In this document: positions 11,267-22,127 of the stretch, one piece after another
Numbering within the stretch: position 1 is the stretch's first letter
Layout: each line of letters opens with the position of its first letter
Translations under genes and position numbers: made by a program
The notes under the pieces: model-generated
Database searches by the model: none
The model's input: only the letters and a program-made list of their open reading frames with translations
What the model was told of the DNA's origin: nothing
Source of the DNA: Squalus acanthias
Taxonomy: Eukaryota
Assembly: GCA_030390025.1 (NCBI GenBank)
Contig: CM059432.1
Span: 68,388,001 to 68,452,000, forward strand
DNA length: 64,000 nt
Direction: 5' to 3'

Positions 11267-13158
11267 ATGGCAGATGGAGAAGGAGGGAGAGAGCCCGTAG
11301 GTTCTTGGATGACGCTCTTGAGGCATTGGTTTTTGCGGTTGAGAGAAGGTGGGTGGTCCTGTACCCACCAACTGGCAGGAGGCCCTCGCCACACTATGTG
11401 GAGGGAGATAGCAGACCACATCACGGGCAGCACTGTGGTCCCCAGGACCCACACCCAGGGCAGAAAAATTTTTAACGACCTCACACGGGTTGTCAGGGTG
11501 AGTGAAGGCTTCAACAAATGCTACATACCACCATCTGTACCACAAGCTTCACATACTGATCAATGCACCACACCCCCAGCACTCACCCATCAACAATCTC
11601 TACCTATCAACACTCACACCCACATCTCACACCTTGCACACAATGACAGCTACTCAATTGTGCCAGGCATGTCACCCAAACACATTGCACCACACTCACT
11701 AACACATTTCCTTTGCTCTTGCAGACTATGGTCACTCACAATCACCGTGAGCAAGAGCAGAGAGGTGGGGGCCAGGCGGACATTGAAGAGCTGAGCCATC
11801 TGGAGACACGAGTGCTGGAGATGATTGGGCACCAGGTTGTGGGCACCGTGGCCACCGGCGACGTTACCCCCCTTGGGGACAACAATGGTATGTTCATTCC
11901 TAATCCTTCTTCTCACATCTCACTTCCCCCTCAGCCCACAATCTTTTCTCACTTTCAAGTTACTCATACCGTATGCATGCATTTCTGCTTTCCCGACCCC
12001 CCCACCTTTCATCATAACCCGACCCTTGTGTCGTTCTGCTTTCAGATAATCAGCATGCACCCGAGCAGCCTGTCCCTGAGGGCACCGCAGAGAGTGAGGG
12101 AGGAGAAGAGGAGGAGGAAAAGACACTGCGTCACTGCATCTCTTACTCGCAGACACCAGCTCAGATAGTGGGACTACCCGTTCTTTAAAGGCTAGTATAG
12201 CAGCGGGATCTGCACAGGGTGAAGTACCAGGCATGAGTGGGCTGCAGCAAGGCCAGGGGGAAAGGGTAGCTCCAGGGCCAGCTCCCTGGAGGGTGAGTTC
12301 ACGCACGAGTTCTGCAGCACAGGACTCAGATGAGGACATCAATGGGGAGGCATTCACAAGAAGGGTGATGGGCATGCACACGGAAATGATAGGTGCAATG
12401 GTAAGGCTGTCAGAGAGCCTCTCAGCAACGTCAAGGAGCATGGAGGAGTCCGCCTCCAACATTGCACGGGGCATGCAGAGCATGGAGCCCAGGATTTCCA
12501 GTCTGGAAATGATAGTACACTCCCAAAGAGACCATGTCGACCCAGATGTGATGGTGCGTATGATGAGCGATGTTGCAGCTTCCATTGCAGCACAGGCGGA
12601 AGCGACCCAACGTCTTAGTGCTGCAGCGGAAGCTCAGACTGCTCTCATGCAGTCTTTGCTTGGTGCCATCCAAGCTCTGACCGCTCTCATGCAGTCTCAG
12701 CTTGAAGACTCCCAAGCTCTGACTGCTGCCATCATGGCTGGGTTTACCACCATCAACCGGGGCTTTCACGCTGTCACAGCAGGCCAGCAATCTGTGCTCC
12801 AAGAGATTGCTAGGAATGCTGAGGCCCCGCCCCGGGAGAGTGGCAGTGGGTTAGTGGAGCAGGAACCTGCTGTCCTCTCTCAGGATGAAAGCATTCCTAC
12901 TCCCACCACTGCCACTCCGCCATTGACCTTGCATTTGCCTGTCAGCCAGCCAGCCCAGACTGCTACCGCACATGCCGAGGTGGTGCAGTCTACAGCTGGG
13001 CCTTCTAGGGCCAGAGCTGGTCGAGGTCGTACTGCGAGGCCATCTGAAGTCTCCCACATGGAAACTCAGCAGCCTTCCACCAGGCATTCTGCAGCCATTG
13101 GTGGAGCACTGCGTAGGAGCACTAGATCAGGAAAGGGCACACAAAAGACAGACACGAA
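11267..13158 (+). pseudogene. Harbinger Myb/SANT-like (NAIF1/MSANTD-type) DNA-binding protein gene; exons 11267-11497, 11725-11887, 12046->13158
   Basis: Donor GTGAGT at 11498, acceptor TTGCAG at 11724, donor GTATGT at 11888, acceptor TTTCAG at 12045. Peptide ERARRFLDDALEAL...WREIADHI...RKIFNDLTR / HNHREQEQRGGG...LSHLETRVLEMIG. Frameshifts occur in exon 1 and early exon 3. Confidence 0.85.
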
Positions 13159-14635
13159 GGGGGGAATTTTTCAGGGGTCAGTGGACGCGATCGGTGGCGG
13201 GTCGGGTGGGAAAAAAAATTTTGACAGCGGGTCAGCAACCCGCTGTCAACCCGCTGCCACAGGACTTTCCAAAATGTCGGGTATGTCAGAGCTGAACAGA
13301 CCCGACATGCAGTGGTGGGGGCAGCAATTCAGGTGATTATGACCTTGTTAGCAGCCCATTTAAAAGTATTTTGAGCTCACCTTACCATTTTACGAGGTCA
13401 CCCAAGGGGTCCACGCTCCTCGGGGATCACGTCAGGTAAGGAGGTCGGAAGTTGTATCATGATGGGATCATCTCATTACTTGACAGCTGCAAATGTGCTA
13501 TAAAAGCTCCCATCTCAAAGCTGTTCACTTTCCAAGCTCAGAAACTGTTGCTTACCGCATTTGGAAGACAGATTGAGCTTTATGCAGGCTACAAGTGTTT
13601 GGAGTAAACTCTCTATCGAGTGTCACCTCATTGGAACAACCTCTCTCACCACTGATAGATTGCTTCTGTCATCTCTACTTCACCTGCCATCTATTACATC
13701 AGCATCGGTGCCCTTGAAACTATCTCAACTTGGTCCTCAATATCCGATCATGATCAGCCCCAACACCAGCAGCACCAGGCACACCAGCAACAACACCAAC
13801 CTTCTCTGCAATCAACTGAAACTGCACAGGACACAGGGCATCAGCACCCGACCACACTGCTGCCCAGGAGGCCAGGGATGGCCTCACCATGGCCAGATTT
13901 ATTTCACTTGACGCTGTACACCCTGGCTGCCACATAATGCGCCAGGTTGGCACCACCCCACACCAACACTTTAAAGCATTCCTACAATGCCCAAGCCATT
14001 CCTTTCACACTTATCACCATTGCGGGGGGTACCGTTATGTCTCACCATTCACTGCAACTCACTAAGCCACTTCCAAAGGTGCACACAAATCTGTCCAAGA
14101 ACACAAAGTGTTGAAAATAAAGGTTTCAATGTTTGACAGCACATTAACAGAAACTTTACAAGAACATTGGATAAAACACCCAAGTGCCTACCCTTGTGTG
14201 TTGTTAGTTGGTATGATTGCACTAGGATGAGGGTGAGTGTGAGAGGTGGCTAGTGAGGTGGGGAAGTGATAATGTAGATAGAGAGGGATGGGTGGAGGTG
14301 CAAGGTAAGTTGGTGTGAGTAAGGATGTGCAGGAGTAGGGTAGGGAAGGCAGAGTGATGGGGATGTGATGAGTGGCACAGCAGGATGAGGTTGAGTGTGG
14401 CTTTGCAGTAACGTTTCGTGATCTACTGAGATAATTGAAAGGTTTGCGCCACTGCAGCCTGGTCCTCCTGACGACATCCCTGCTTGTGTCCTCCTGTGTA
14501 ATGTGCAACCAGGCTGCATTGGTCTCCTGAGGAGGTCTCTTCTGCTCATTGGAAGGGAAGAGAACCTCCCTGCATGTTGTGACTCCCTCATAAGCATATG
14601 GAGGGAGTCATGGGAGAGCCTGGGTGCAGCTGTGT
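13159..14635 (-). mobile_element. Non-autonomous Harbinger derivative (same family as 24673-26478), truncated
   Basis: Reverse-complement colinear with 24975-26478. Starts with TIR GGGGGGAATTTTTC. Confidence 0.85.
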
Positions 14636-15076
14636 CATCATTATATTTAGTCATTATGCCATTGCAGTATCATGTTAAAGGTAATGAATGTTGGTTGCAT
14701 ACTGCATTCTGAGCTAAATTGCACCTGGATTTAATATAATTTTACATATGAATCAAGTGTCTTAATCATTTTAAAATTGCAACTTATATTTAAAGACTGC
14801 TTCTCTGAAGCAGTGTTTTGACTTCAATTTTGAATTGCATTTGAGATATACCGGCAAAAAGGCACAGTCTCTTCATTTGTTGCTGCAAAATTAGCCTTGC
14901 AAGTTCAGTACAATGTCAGGACAATGTTCATGTTTCTCAAACACTACAAACTTATGCACCCCAAAAAGCTTAGAGAATACATATTTTTATGTGTTCTGAT
15001 TGTTTGGGAAGGTGGCTGCAGGTGGCTTTTTTTGAGGGGCTGTGTAACTTGTAAAATAGAACACAAAAGTGTACAA

Positions 15077-15207
15077 AATCAAAATACTACGGATGCTGGA
15101 AATCTGAAATAAAAACTGAAAATGCTGGAAATATTCAGCAAGTCAGGCAGCATCTGTGGAGAGAGAAACAGAGTTAACGTTTCAGGTCGATGATCTTTCG
15201 TCAGAAC
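15077..15207 (-). mobile_element. Short Penelope-like terminal unit with 14-bp TSD
   Basis: Matches the 3' ends of the Penelope fragments at 30077-30214 and 39855-39950. Flanked by ACAAAAGTGTACAA (15063-15076) and ACAAAAATGTACAA (15206-15219). Confidence 0.8.
15173..15207 (-). ncRNA. Minimal type I hammerhead ribozyme motif
   Basis: Minus strand reads GTT-CTGACGA-AAGATCATCGACCT-GAAA-CGTT-AAC. It has intact CUGANGA and GAAA boxes, a stem II with one mismatch, palindromic ACGT stem III and a GTT/AAC stem I. Confidence 0.7.
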
Positions 15208-17579
15208 AAAAATGTACAACTTACTAATGATTCTGTGACCTAGCTCTCTGTCATATTTCCCCTTTTTTGTGGCAGTAGCAGGATTGCTTTTTAAATTGCT
15301 TTTACATTGTTAATTCCTCTACACTACACCAGTGCTGTACTTTGTAAGTGCAGCTAGCGATAGCTTATTTTTTTGAGAACGAAGATGGCCAGTGCTAATG
15401 CTTCAAAATGATGGAGGCTGCGGCTGCTTGGAGGCGATAAGGGAAGGTTCTGTTTGCTTTGGAGACTTGGGAATGAAAGGAAGCAGCACCAAATAATAGA
15501 AAATGGGCCAGACTTTTTAAAGAGAAACTAGAAGAGCATTTACCGTTCTATTTGTGAGCTTGTTTTACCAGTAGAATTCTGTATTGGTAGAACTTGTGAA
15601 TTTGAGAGGGAAAAAAAAAGCTTCAGGCTTGTTGCATATACAGACTAAGTTAATACACTAATAAAGTTTTAACTCTGAAAAATAACCCCAAAAAAAACCC
15701 CAAAAATCAACCATGATCTTACTGAATGGCGGAGCAAGCTCGAGGGGCTGTATGGCCTACTCCTGCTCCTAATTCTTATGTTCTTAAATGAATTACTTGC
15801 CAGAGTGGCAAAAAGGGCACATAAACTCTAATTTGCCAAAAATGGGATTGAACTGGCCCATGACACAGGTTTGCTTGTGCTGGCAGCTCAGAGGGCGGCT
15901 GTGTCAAATTTTCTGATGGGAGTCACTCTCCTTAATTATAATAAGCTTCTGACACATGAATAACTTTCCAGAATGGTTGACCGGTAGCAAACTTGGCTGG
16001 AGAGTGGAAAATCTGGCAAAGGTATTCTACTTAGTTTATATTTTTTTCAACACCTACAACATCCTGTAGGTGCAGTTTGATCTGTGGAATAAACATGACA
16101 AATTACCCAACAGCAATCATGGCACATGGAAGGCATTTGCTGCATCACTGCCTCATTCTATTGTCTACTCAGGTGGAAAATCTTCATGACCTCACTCAGC
16201 AAGACCAAAGATCTGTTAGAAATGGTTAAGTACACTATCAGTGATTTTGAAAAGTTTATTACAGCATAAGAATCATTTGAAGTGGTCAGCATTTTTAGGC
16301 ACACAATAATACCACATATCTAAATTCCTCGACAGGAGATTATTTAGGTTTCCTTAGTTATGGGGTGGGTTAAAAGATCAAGACAGATAAAGTTGGTGCT
16401 TTGAAAAGCCACAGGGCTAGCAGAAGTCTCCTGCCGTTACTTTGGCAGTAAACCAGCAGAACCCCATAAGAGATTGGAAATAAATGGCTGAAAATGGCCG
16501 TTTCTCTGGGATTACTGCTGGTCTCCTGCCATAGTTATAAGAGACTGGTGGTAGCCCCACCGAATTTCAGGGCAAGTATCTTCAGCTGATTGATTACAAG
16601 AGCAGCTTATTATACACAGGACAGAGAGAGTCTATTTGAACAATTGCCTCTTACTATTTTTTTTCAATTCATTCTCATGATATGGGCAGCACTGGCAAGG
16701 CCAGCATTTCTTGCTCACCCCTAGTGTTAGAGAGCTGTGTCTCTACCTGATCCTCTTTATAAAAAAGGCACATAAACCTGTGGAAAATCTGGCAAAGGCA
16801 GCAACTTTCAAAGGGCTGAAGTTGTGGTGATGGCAGAAAAATGGACTAATTGTTCACAATGCCACCGCTGAGGTGTGTGGACAGTGTTGCTCCCTTTGAT
16901 GTTGAAGAATAATGCAGAAAGAAAAATCCCAAAATTTCAAAAATGGCAGATTACCCAGCCAAACAAACTAATGCATGGAGCAAAATACAATTGAAAATGT
17001 GAAAGTAAAAACACCTTTACCAAATACTGAATCATCACACCTTTTAAGAAGCCTTCTTGAAGAGGCCAGTTTCCAGAATTCGCCATGTGTCCATTTTCTA
17101 TAGGTGAAGTGCATGCTGTGTGAAGATCCTTGCCGAAAGTCGGGAGTTGATTTTAATATTTAAATGAGGCACGTAGCCCGGCCTTATTTTCTGCCCTTAA
17201 ATCACATCTGAAACAATCAGGCCTGACACAATTCACACTTGTGAGGCCAAAGGCCCAATTTTCTGACCTGCACCTCCAGAAGAGTCTCGGAGAATCAGTG
17301 CTAGATGAGCTGAGATGAATTTTGACAATGTAACTGTCTATGCAATATATATTTCTAACTTGGCTGTGAATTCACTGGCTAGTTAATATGTTAAAATAAG
17401 CGACAAGTATAATGAATACTAATGAACACCTCAAGAAAGGTCTATGAAGAATCATTTATCAGCATGCAATCCATTAAGAAAATATATTTCTTTAAAAAAA
17501 ATTGTAGGAAAAAGCATAATAATTTATGAGGAACTGAATAGACAAGTCATTCATCTTCAGTAAACTTAATCTATACCTT

Positions 17580-18122
17580 CATTACCTCCCAGCTTGAGTT
17601 CTCCAACATTCTTCTGGCTGACCTCTCGGGTCCTAGCCTACAAAAGTTTCATCTCATTTAGAACTTTCACTTGTATTATATTCCCCTTGTATTATATCAC
17701 CCCTGTTCATACTGGACTTCACTGGTTTCTGTCCTCCAGCACATTGATTTTAAAATCTCCATCCTTGTTTTCAAATTCCTCAACTTTCATTCTCCTCCTT
17801 GCCTATGCAATCTTCTACAACCCTACATCTTCGCTCGCACGCTATACTCTTCCAACTCTGGTGTAATGTGTTTCAATTCTCCCTCTATTTCATCATTGAT
17901 GGACATCACTCCCTGATGAGGATTCTGTTCCTAATTCCTTCTGACTTGCTACCATTTTCCTGACCTTTAAAAGCTTCCTCAACGTCGGCCTCTTTGACTT
18001 TGTTTTTGGCCACTTCCACCAATTCTCCCCTCTTCTTGCTCGGGGCCCTGGTCCCTCTGTAAAGTGCCTTAGGAGGTTTCATTTCATGAAAGGCATTATA
18101 AAAGAGTAAATAGTTGTTATTA
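17580..18122 (+). mobile_element. L2-like LINE 3' fragment, degenerate
   Basis: ITPVHTGLHW...IDFKISILVFK similarity to 61980-62070, followed by an L2-type tail. Confidence 0.65.
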
Positions 18123-20371
18123 TTACACCCATTAGAGATTGTAAAAATGCTTCCTTTTCCTTCATACCGCTGGCCTTGATCACAATGTAGTAAAATATTC
18201 AGTTCTGTCAATTTACACAACTAGCATCTTCTGCCTCTCTGCATAAACACAGTTAAGTACAAGCACCTTTCGATAACTAAACATTCTTTAAAGGTGTTGT
18301 CTGTTGTAAATGCTTTATTTAGAATGCTTTCGATTGGTTCCCAATGCAGAAAGTACTTTCATTACAGTCCCAGACCCAACAGGTCTACATGGATAAATAA
18401 CCAGTAACTAGCAACTTCAGCAATATTCCACAGCTGAGTATGAACCTGGGAAGTGACCTTTTATAATGATTTTATTAGAGTTAAAGTTCCTCTTGTACAT
18501 ACTTCATATTCAGATACCAATTAATGGCACCAAATTCAAGAATTTTTGGTTGCAGTTACATAAAGAATTGACAGGGCCAACTTTTACTCAGTATGAACAT
18601 GTGGACAATCCTGCAAGAGATCACAATGAAAGACCAACAGAATGACATCAGGCATATAACTGAAAAGGTCAACCTTAAGTAAAGACCATTGCTTAACAGT
18701 ATGAGATTCCCCACTAAAATAATGGCATAAAAAGCTAATGGCAACACATCAAGAAAATTGATGGAATGGATGGAAATAAAAACTCTCCTGATGATGTGAA
18801 ATTTAACTCATTTTAAATATTTTGTCTATGCATAATTGGCCCCCTTATTTACATTAATATTAAAAGATAGACATACATTGTTATGAGAAGAGTTGATACC
18901 CACTCAGGCATGTAGGCATAAGTACAATACACAGATACCTGCAACCACACACAGGATTCTCAGGAGAGTTCAGACCCCCACACGTGCACAGGCAAATGTT
19001 AATACAAACATTCATTATAGCCAAAAGAAAGTGAAGAGTTTACTCACACACCTAGACCTCAGGAAAGTTTGGGACATCTGCTCCACTACAACCTCCCCCA
19101 CACACATAATGCAAAGTTTTACGGCCCCATTGGATGCAAGGCCTAAAGCCTACTTCTTCTGGTTGCACTTCCTAATGAGAGCTAATCAATGAGTCAGGAA
19201 AATGAGACAGGAAGGTGATGTTACATCCTCCCACTTCATTTGCATAGTATTCCCATGCTTGTGCCTGCTGTAGTCATGAGTGCCTCCCCCACTCTGCCCC
19301 TAGGGGATCCCAAGGAAATCCCCCGCAATGCAAAAGGGTCTCTACCTCTTTTTTTCTTTGCTTTGCACCCAGGAAATAAGTGTTCCCTGGGCGCATAGAA
19401 GAGGAAAATTGGCACCTACATTTCTAAGCTCCCTTTGCAAACTGCTGTCAAACACTTGAAAAGGGAAATTGGGTAGATATAGCATAAAAACAACATTGAT
19501 ATTTATTTTGAATAGATATACTAATTGACCCAATCTTAATATTAATCAATATGTAGAATGTCTTTAATTTTATGCATTCCTGGACAAACTATAGTAAACA
19601 CTCTCAGAAGGAAAGTTTATGCATAGTGCTAGGAAAGAGTTAATTCATCAAGTATGTGACCATGTCTCCACACTTACAGCCTATCTCAGGCAAAAAAAAT
19701 GACATGATTGACATTACTTCATGATTTCTAGACTATTTCAATCGGCCTTGAACAGAAATTGAAGGCTTGCGAGGGGCAGCAATCAGAGCTAAACATTCAT
19801 ATATTCTGTGCTGCTCAAGAACTGGCCGTAGGTGTAGAACAAAAAGTCAATTCAGATATGGCAGTGTACAGTGAAGATGCCAGAATTCATTATGCAGGAA
19901 GTGAGTGAACCTGGGAAAAGCTGAGGGTATGCAACTGTTTCCAAAAATGATTGATATGGTTGGATTTTCTTTCCAGTGTTGGTGTAGCTACAAGGAAGTT
20001 GCAAAGGGACATAGCCTAAATGAGTGGGCAAAACTGTGACAGATGGAGTTCAATGTGGGGAAGTGTGAGGTTATCCACTTTGGATCTGAGAAAGACAGAT
20101 CAGAATATTTTCTTAATGGTGAGACAAGGAGCTGTGAAGGAGCAAAGGGATTTGGGAGTCTATGTGCACAAATCACTAAAAGCCAGAGCACAGGTACAAA
20201 AAATAATCAAAAAGGCTAATGGAATCTTGGCCTTTATCTCAAGGGGGTTGGAATTCAAATGTGAGGAAAATATACTTCACTTGTATAGAACCTTGGTCAG
20301 AACCCATCTGGAGTACTGCATTCAGATTTGGGCACCAAACTTCAGGAAATATATATTGGCCATAGAAGTGA

Positions 20372-22038
20372 TGTAAGGGGTGACCTGCGGCTCTGTGCTT
20401 AGCCTGGGTGCTAGTGCGAGGTTAGGCCTTGTTGCCTGTTCTGGTCTCCAGCCAGCCTGGTAACACTAGACACCTGTGAGTGGTTCGACCCACTCGCCCT
20501 TACGGTTCTGACACTGGACTTAGGTGCGAGAGCAATAATGCAGAGAAAAACTCAGGTAGACCCGGTTGAATAGTGCGAAATGGAAAATCTTTATTGCATA
20601 TTATTCAAGATTACGAGATACATGTCATAAGCACAGATTAATGACAGTACAATCTTACACACAGTTATGTAACTAATTTTAGGGAAACGAGGAGCGCATG
20701 ACACATCGTAAAAGGGGGCACACATTACAATTATCCTTAAAACTCAAACCCTCCCCTATCAATACCTGTCCTAAACTAGATTTGTAGGATCGAGAATCAT
20801 GCTCACCACTCGTGATAACTCGGAGAATTCCGAAACTCTGCTCGGATGTTTTTCCCGCAGCACCTGACTATCCACGTATTGATCAGGGGTCTCTGTACCC
20901 CACTTGTTTACTCGTTTCTGCTCCGGCTAGCAGGCTGGACCGTCTGCTGTCATGAAGATCTGTGTTGTCCTCGGAGTTCCGATACTACTCAAAAAAGAGT
21001 CTTCCTGTGCCCTCACACCGGTTCGATAAAATTCGAAGAATGGTCTTCCTGGGCAAGGAAAGTGTTTATTCGACTTACAGGCGCGGTCGGGGCTTACTGA
21101 CCGTGGCGATACGTATTGTCGTCTTCTTCTCTTCTCATCTCATCTCATCTCATCTCATCTCCTCTCGGGGCTTCGGTTCCAACACCGTTTACCGACTTCT
21201 CGGGATGGTGTGCCCGTTTCAAGGCCTCACAGCCCAGTTCTACACAGATCTTCGCGGCAAGCCACGAGGTTGATCCTAGCGGATCAGAGTCCAGAGCCAT
21301 CAGGCAAGAGAATAAAAGTTCAACAGTCTTCCAGCGAGTCAAAGCAGCAAGTGCAAAAAGAAGCAGAGACAGCAGTCAGCAGCAAGAGTAGCAAGCGAAG
21401 AGAGAAAGATGGACGGTTGTACCTTACAGTTATAGTGCTGTAATTCCTCCTTTTCCCGCCCAATCTTAATGTCTATCTTTTGTCAGGGTTTTGGCGCTCA
21501 AACTTCTTGTATAGGGTGATCTCCGTTTTTAATGGGTTTCGGTGATACTTGTAACTGTCTGAGTACCCGTTAATACTTCTCCCATTGTGGAACCGGCCAG
21601 TAGTCTTCCTGGAGGGGTTTTGGGGCTTCCAAATGCTTTCTGTAACTACCCGCAAACGGCTCTCTCATCGTAGAGTCGTGGGGATTTTGCATATTAATGT
21701 CTTTGGATGGGTTCTTGATCGCTCGGTACAATAGCCCTTATTCGCACCTGGGAGACCGATTCCAGTATTTATGTATAAAATGCAAACCCATTATGTCTTG
21801 TCAATTATCTCAAATGTGCTGAGTCCTGTACGATCTCGCACAAATGTTTATTGGAACGCCATCTTGTCTGCTCATTGAAAGTCTAGAACGTTCTGCCACG
21901 AGGCGTGGCGGCCATTTTACAGGCTGTTTGTGTCCACTTTGAAAACCTGACAGCATTCTGCTGAAATAAAGCTGTTTGTACGAAACTATATGTCTCCTTC
22001 TTATTTTATAAAATCGTGATAATTTTGCGAATTCTACA
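20372..22038 (-). mobile_element. Long solo LTR (1667 bp)
   Basis: TGTA...TACA termini, 4-bp flanks GTGA/GTGG, and a precise interruption of CR1. The minus strand has CCAAT/GC/TATA-like motifs at ~21430-21465, GGTGAGC donor at ~20805 and AATAAA at ~20591-20596. Confidence 0.8.
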
Positions 22039-22127
22039 GTGGTACAGTGCAGATTTACCAGAATGATACTAGGTCTTAAAGGGTTAAATTAATAAGCCAG
22101 GTTGCGTCAACTTACTTTTATTCCTGA

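Larger units (their letters stand above)
10282..13158 (+). mobile_element. Harbinger Myb-side half (TIR GGGCTAGAAATT plus Myb/SANT-like gene), inverted relative to 9323-10281
   Basis: Reverse-complement colinear with 52558-61098 once the CR1 insertions there are removed. Confidence 0.85.

Noticed and set aside
13159..13336. C-terminus of the 367-aa ORF 12233-13336 as a genuine protein end
   Set aside because: Read-through into the adjacent non-autonomous element. The ancestral end is ...KGLHKGD* as at 52533.
20846..21655. Short ORFs inside the long LTR as viral accessory genes
   Set aside because: Short, overlapping on both strands, partly microsatellite-derived, with no recognisable motif. 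Cannot be supported without a search.
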